Assembly (NCBI GenBank): GCA_951406725.2 | Contig: OX597822.1 | Coordinates: forward strand, 30,876,001-30,940,000 | Reading direction: 5' to 3' | Length of the DNA: 64,000 nt | Source of the DNA: Octopus vulgaris | Lineage: Eukaryota | Shown: in pieces, positions 58,003 to 64,000 of the stretch | Layout of the letters: each line of letters begins with the position of its first letter | Numbering within the stretch: the first letter of the stretch is position 1 | Position numbers and translations under genes: made by a program | Notes under the pieces: model-generated | Told to the model about the DNA's origin: nothing | What the model saw: only the letters and a program-made list of their open reading frames with translations | The model's database searches: none

Positions 58003-58220
58003 TACTCTTACTCTTTTACTTGTTTCAGTCATTTGACTGCGGCCATGCTGGAGCACCGCCTTTGGTCGAGCAACTCGACCCCAGGACTTATTCTTTGTAA
58101 GCCCAGTACTTATTCTATCGGTCTCTTTTGCCGAACCGCTAAGTAACGGCGACATAAACACACCAGCATCGGTTGTCAAGCAATGCTAGAGGAACAAGCA
58201 CTGACACAAAAACACACACA

Positions 58221-58270
<50 letters not shown>

Positions 58271-58440
58271 TATACGATGGGCTTCTTTTCAGTTTCCGTC
58301 TACCAAATCCACTCACAAGGCATTGGTCGGCCCGAGGCTATAGTAGAAGACACTTGCTCAAGGTGCCGCGCAGTGGGACTGAACCCGGAACCATGTGGTT
58401 GGTAAACAAGCTACTTACCACACAGCCACTCCTGCGCCTA
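58003..58440 (-). mobile_element. SINE family A, full length, young
   Basis: Near-identical to the other full copies. Confidence 0.92.
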
Positions 58441-58696
58441 TATGATTCTTGATTAATATATAATACACTAAACTAGGGTTTTAGTCCCAGGAAACATATA
58501 TGTGCACATCAAAGTGGGTGAGGAGTCGGTACATAAAACATGAATTTTAATTTAAATATGCAGACAAGTGAAGTAGAACAATACAGCATTTGAAAAAAAA
58601 AAGGCACTGGAAATTTTAAAATAACTTAGAAGTCAACAAATCGAATAACAATGATAGACCCCAACCGAGGAGGGTATCTGAAATAACTTAGGAGAA

Positions 58697-59112
58697 GGCG
58701 GCGAGCTGGCAGAGACGTTAGCACGCCGGGCGAAATGCTTAGCGGTATTTCGTCTGCCGCTACGTTCTGAGTTCAAATTCCGCCGAGGTCGACTTTGCCT
58801 TTCATCCTTTCGGGGTCGATAAATTAAGGACCAGTTACGCACTGGGGTCGCTGTAATCGACTTAATACCTATGTCTGTCCTTGTTTGTCCCCTCTGTGTT
58901 TAGCCCCTTGTGGGTAGTAAAGAAATAGGTATTTCGTCTGCCGCTACGTTCTGAGTTCAAATTCCGCCGAGGTCGATTTTGCCTTTCATCTTTTCGGTAT
59001 CGATTAAATAAGTACCAGTTACGCACTGGGGTCGGCATATTCGACGTAATCCGTTTGTCTGTCCTTGTTTGTCCCCTCTGTGTTTAGCCCCTTGTGGGTA
59101 GTAAAGAAATAA
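58697..59112 (+). mobile_element. SINE family B head-to-tail dimer with single 18-bp TSD
   Basis: Unit 1 58697-58927; unit 2 58928-59112 lacks the first ~47 nt; gtatctgaaataacttag at 58674-58691 and 59113-59130. Confidence 0.92.
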
Positions 59113-59450
59113 GTATCTGAAATAACTTAGTAGAACACATTACTATATACAATGCACACGTATACATGTATGCGCGAACATGCACACACACACAAACACA
59201 CACATAAGCACACACACACGCTCACACACAAGCACATACATATACACACAACGGTATACCAATTTATTTATATACAGTTATAAACAATCAGTAAATGCTC
59301 AGTCATATACAACACTCTATATTTACGCAGCTACCAATATTCGTTTAATACACGCACATACACACTCAAGCACGTGCCCACATATATTTGTGTGCGTGCG
59401 TGTGTGTGTGTATATATATTTATATGTATGTATAAGTATATGTGAATGTG

Positions 59451-59490
<40 letters not shown>

Positions 59491-60334
59491 TACATACATA
59501 TATGTATATGTTTCTCTATCTGTGTTTAGATATTATACTTTTATATATGTATGTCGTATGTCTGTATGTGCGTGAACTCCATAGACATTTATATGCAATG
59601 TGAGCTTCGAATTCATTAATTTAGAATCTTAATCAAACACAATCTGTTTAAAATGATTTGCAGTGTGAGAAAAATAAAATAGTCATAAAATACATCCTTT
59701 ACACGTACAATAAACTAAACTAAACTAAAATAAAAATTTAGCAATATTAAATGAAACAGGCCACAATATTTCTTATTAGTTAGTGACAGACGAAAAGCCC
59801 CCGTTGAGAATGTTTGAGAAAGATCAGAAATCAATATGGTTGCAGAATGAATTAAGTGATTACATGACAGCCTTTATTTCCTCATGCTATTATATAAAAC
59901 AGACGCTGCCAAATTTGGAAAGACTTCTGTCTTTTTAACAGTCGGCATACATGAGTTAACATTCAGTCTGGTTCTCAAAATCGTACATCTTTTGTGAATT
60001 TAATTGGAAATTTAATAAAAGGAATAGTGTTTAAGTGTGGTTTCGCTGCAGATTGAATATTGAAAAAAAGAAAAGAAAAATCTTGGAAAAAAAAATATAT
60101 ATGCGTCTTGCCGTAGTCTGAACTAAATTACGAATGAAATCACAGCTGACCAAGGACGTGTGTGTGTGTGTGAGAGAGAGAGAGAGTTGTAATATATATT
60201 TATATATATGCATATATATATATATGTATGTATATATATATACATATATATACATACATACACATATGCACACGCACACACGTGTATATTTGTATATCAT
60301 ATATATCATGCATACTTTTTCTACACATACACGC

Positions 60335-60496
<162 letters not shown>

Positions 60497-60940
60497 GATA
60501 GATAGATAGAGAAAGAGAGAGAGAGAGAAGGAGAAACAAATACAGAGTGAGCCGGTTTAATGCTACGAGCATCTCTGGCTCTTATCTGCGTCTCTAGTGT
60601 AGCTCTGATCAGGTGTCGGCTAATACTGTGAGTACTTCGTTATTTTTAAATCACCATTATGATAATGATGCTAACAACATCACCAGCGTTATCTTATTAT
60701 ATGAGACTTCGTAGTCTCAGCTAAATAATTCGATGTGCCAGAAGTAATAGCTAGATCTCACATAAAATTTAAAAGAAAAAAAACACACAAAACAAACAAA
60801 CAAAAAAACTGTCGTTACATAATAGAATTATCCATAAAATAAGAAAAATGTAAATAAAAGAAACAAAATGACAAACATATAGGCTTCGCATCGTTGGGTC
60901 ATCTATGATCATAGATTTGTGATTTGAATAAATTCATAGC

Positions 60941-60955
60941 ATCATCATCATCATA

Positions 60956-60986
<31 letters not shown>

Positions 60987-61138
60987 CTTCTTCTTCTTCT
61001 TCTTCTTCTTCTTCTTCTTCTTCTTCTTCTTCTTCTTCTTCTTCTTCTTCTTCTTCTTCTTCTTCTTCTTCTTCTTCTTCTGCTTCTGCTTCTGCTTCCT
61101 CTTCTTCACCATCATCACCATCAGCATTATCATCATCG

Positions 61139-61169
<31 letters not shown>

Positions 61170-61468
61170 AACATCTTCTTCTTCGTCGTCTTCTTCTTCT
61201 TCTTCTTCTTCTTCTTCTTCTTCTTCTTCGTCTTCTTCTGCTTCTTCTTCCTCACCATCATCACCATCAGGATTATCATCATCGTCATCATCATCTTTTC
61301 CATCATCATTACCCTCAGCATCATCATCATCTTTTTTTACCATTTCTTCGTTTTCTTCTCCTCCTCCTCCTCCCCCTCCTCATCATCATTATCATCATGA
61401 TAGTACTATTGTTGCTGCTACTATTACTACTGTTGCTACTACTACTGCTGCTGCTGCTGTTGCTGGTG

Positions 61469-61517
<49 letters not shown>

Positions 61518-61552
61518 CACCACCACCACCACTACTACTACTACTACTACTG
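60941..61552. repeat. Compound trinucleotide microsatellite (TTC, CAT, CTC, CTA, CTG, CCA)
   Basis: Directly visible. Confidence 0.95.
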
Positions 61553-61649
61553 TTCGTTTTCCTCCATAATTTGAAGTGAATATCTACAGATAAAGAAAGA
61601 AAGGAAGGAAGAAAGAAAGGAAGTAAAATATTACAATAAATTTAAACTC

Positions 61650-61699
61650 TTAAATCTACTCAGTTCAGTTTCCTTTAAATCTACTCAGTTCAGTTTCCT
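61650..61699. repeat. Perfect 25-bp tandem duplication
   Basis: ttaaatctactcagttcagtttcct x2. Confidence 0.9.
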
Positions 61700-61827
61700 T
61701 TACCTGATAAACGAAAGCAGCAGTCAGTGGAAGTCCAAATTCTGGTATAGAATTTTATTCGTTTGCTTCGTACTCTTTTGTATCAGTGATTATTAAATTG
61801 TTTCATATATCGAGCGGGAGACACTTC

Positions 61828-62062
61828 CATCGTCTTCGTCGTCATCATCGTCGCTGCCACCATCATTATCATCGTCGTCATCGTCGTCGTCGTCGTCGTC
61901 GCCGTCGCTATCATCATCATCATCATCACCACGACCATCATCATCATCACCATCATCATCACCACCTCCACCACCATCACAACCATCACCATCACCAGCA
62001 CCAGCACCACCAGCACCACCACCACAACCACCACCATCACCACCACCACCACCACCACCATT

Positions 62063-62098
<36 letters not shown>

Positions 62099-62133
62099 GT
62101 CATGACCATCATCATCATCATCATCATCATCAC
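61828..62133. repeat. Compound (CAT/CAC/CGT)n microsatellite
   Basis: Directly visible. Confidence 0.95.
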
Positions 62134-62550
62134 TAAATAATTCTCTCGAGTAGATTTCTGACTATTGGTTTCCATGTCCCCACATCACAACTTATTTTCC
62201 TTGTGCGTTCAGTCGGATGATTTCTTCATTTTTAGGCGCAAGGAGAAGAATCATGTGAACATGTAATAATTCTTTTTTCTTAATTAACACAGACATGATT
62301 TTGATCTTACTTCTAAATTTGAATTTATTCTGTATTCTATATTTCATGTATATCTATGCCTCATAAAGTGCTGCTTCTGTAGTTTTTGGTCTTCATCAGT
62401 ATAGATCAATACATAGTCAGTTAATTACAATATCTTGAAATTATGTATTCGAATTATTATTTCCATTTGTGCATTAGAATTATTATTTCAATTTTAAATC
62501 AGGTAGACACAGTATAATGGAAAAAAATTAGATCATGCATAATTTAGGGC

Positions 62551-62617
<67 letters not shown>

Positions 62618-63349
62618 GGAATGAGAGAGAAAGTGAAGGAAAGAAGAGAACAATAATTTTGGCTTTGGCTTTACTAAATTAATTTTACTTTAGTTCTTAA
62701 GTGGCGTCGAAGTTTAGAGTTAGGTTGTATGGAAATTATTCTGATTTGAAACTTTCTATAGATATCGGCCAATATTGAGTGTCTCTTCGTTCTATACATG
62801 CAAGTTGCGTACACATGCACATAATATTATTGTGCAGAGACATGGCGACTGAAAGCAAAAAAAAAAAAACAAACAAACAAACCAGAAAAATAAAATCCCT
62901 GTATAGCGAGTTGATTTTAATCAATGTGGAGAAAATGGCGATAAACGAGAAGACTACTTCTAACAATTTAATTTTTTTTATATTTAGAATCAATATCGCA
63001 AACGGTGAGTAGAGAATGGGTATTGTTTTGTATGACAGAATTGAAGACACTATCAATAATACTCCATTATTATTTAATTATAACCTGGGAGGGATGCCGG
63101 AAATAAACTAATAAATCGCCAATACCTAAATGCTTCTCGAGAAATCAAGAATGCTCAATAACATACCCATACGAGTATTTTTAATTATGTATATATGTAC
63201 GTACGGACTTACGTCTGAGTATTTGTGTGTATGTATGTATGTACGTCTGTATGTGTGTATCTATGAATGCATGTATGTGTGTATCTATGTATGTATGTAG
63301 GCATGCATGTATGTATGTAAGTATATATGTTTGTATGTGTGGGTCTTTC

Positions 63350-63650
63350 ACCTTGTTTCAGGTATCAGACTGCAGCCAATGTTGGGGGTACAGCCTTGAA
63401 AAACTTGAGGCGACCAAATCGACTCCAGTACATATGTTTTTAAAGCGTGGTACTTATTATATCGGTCTCACACCAATAGAGGTAGTCAAGTGGTGGCGAG
63501 AGACAAACACAAACACAAGGGCACACAAAGACACACACACACACACTGGGATTCTTTCATTTTCCATCACAATGCTTTGGTCTGTCCACGGCTCTAGTAG
63601 TAGGCACTTGCCCAAGATGCCACGCAATCAGACTGAACCCGAAACCATGT
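63350..63650 (-). mobile_element. SINE family A, old degraded copy
   Basis: tggtacttattatatcggtctc, gacaaacac, cacttgcccaagatgccacgc, ctgaacccgaaaccatgt. Confidence 0.7.
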
Positions 63651-63749
63651 ATGTTTCTATATATGCATGTATCTATATATTCATGTATGTGTGTGTGTGT
63701 ACGTGTGTATTCCAAACTTTCCATATATATATTTATATATATATATATA

Positions 63750-64000
63750 TAGAATGGTTGTATACTGTCAATCTAACAAGAACGTCACAGTAGGGGGTAC
63801 ACCACCGCTGTATAGCCCTAGGAAGCATCGAACGTCTCCTGATAGCTTTGACACATTTTTTCCCTGTGTCCTTATATACGCATACGAAGGGGAGACAAAC
63901 ACCCCCGGCTGCCGGAACTGCATCTAGGGACACCGTGTTTCAGGATCATTTTCCTTCATCGGCCTAGAGTAGCAGACACCGGTCAGCTGGTGATATTTGC
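63750..64000 (-). mobile_element. Penelope-like element terminus (runs off the window)
   Basis: GC-richer block abutting (TA)n and carrying a minimal hammerhead, the arrangement known for Penelope pseudo-LTRs. Confidence 0.5.
63923..63968 (-). ncRNA. Minimal type I hammerhead ribozyme (U4C core variant)
   Basis: Minus: UCUAGG-CCGAUGA-AGGA(AAAUGA)UCCU-GAA-ACA(CGG)UGU-C-CCUAGA; perfect 6-bp stem I, 4-bp stem II, short stem III, GUC cleavage triplet. Confidence 0.8.

Noticed and set aside
60951-62175. Poly-K/E/D, poly-L/P, poly-H and poly-M ORFs
   Set aside because: Translations of compound trinucleotide microsatellites, open on both strands; no evidence of coding

Overview
AT-rich, microsatellite-dense eukaryotic DNA. 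The repeat complement (two abundant tRNA-headed SINE families, RTE and Penelope-like remnants, long TA/CA/TATC tracts) is what I associate with octopus/coleoid cephalopod genomes; the organism is my inference. I cannot identify any intact host protein-coding gene. Almost all supplied ORFs are microsatellite or SINE read-throughs. The only recognisable coding remnants are decayed RTE reverse transcriptases and Tc1/mariner transposases, plus a few weak orphan exon candidates. No prokaryotic features (CRISPR, operons, rRNA) are present. The most interesting signals are: (1) several minimal type I hammerhead-ribozyme motifs in Penelope-like termini, one structurally complete at 63923-63968 (-), with a recurring CCGANGA core variant; (2) head-to-tail SINE multimers with a recurrent junction that coincides with a 3'-end/internal complementarity, one dimer flanked by a single 18-bp TSD; (3) two long, high-identity inverted duplications and inverted SINE pairs (potential dsRNA/ADAR substrates); (4) a Merlin-like MITE carrying telomere-type CCCTAA repeats. 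All calls were made by eye, and boundaries of decayed elements are approximate.
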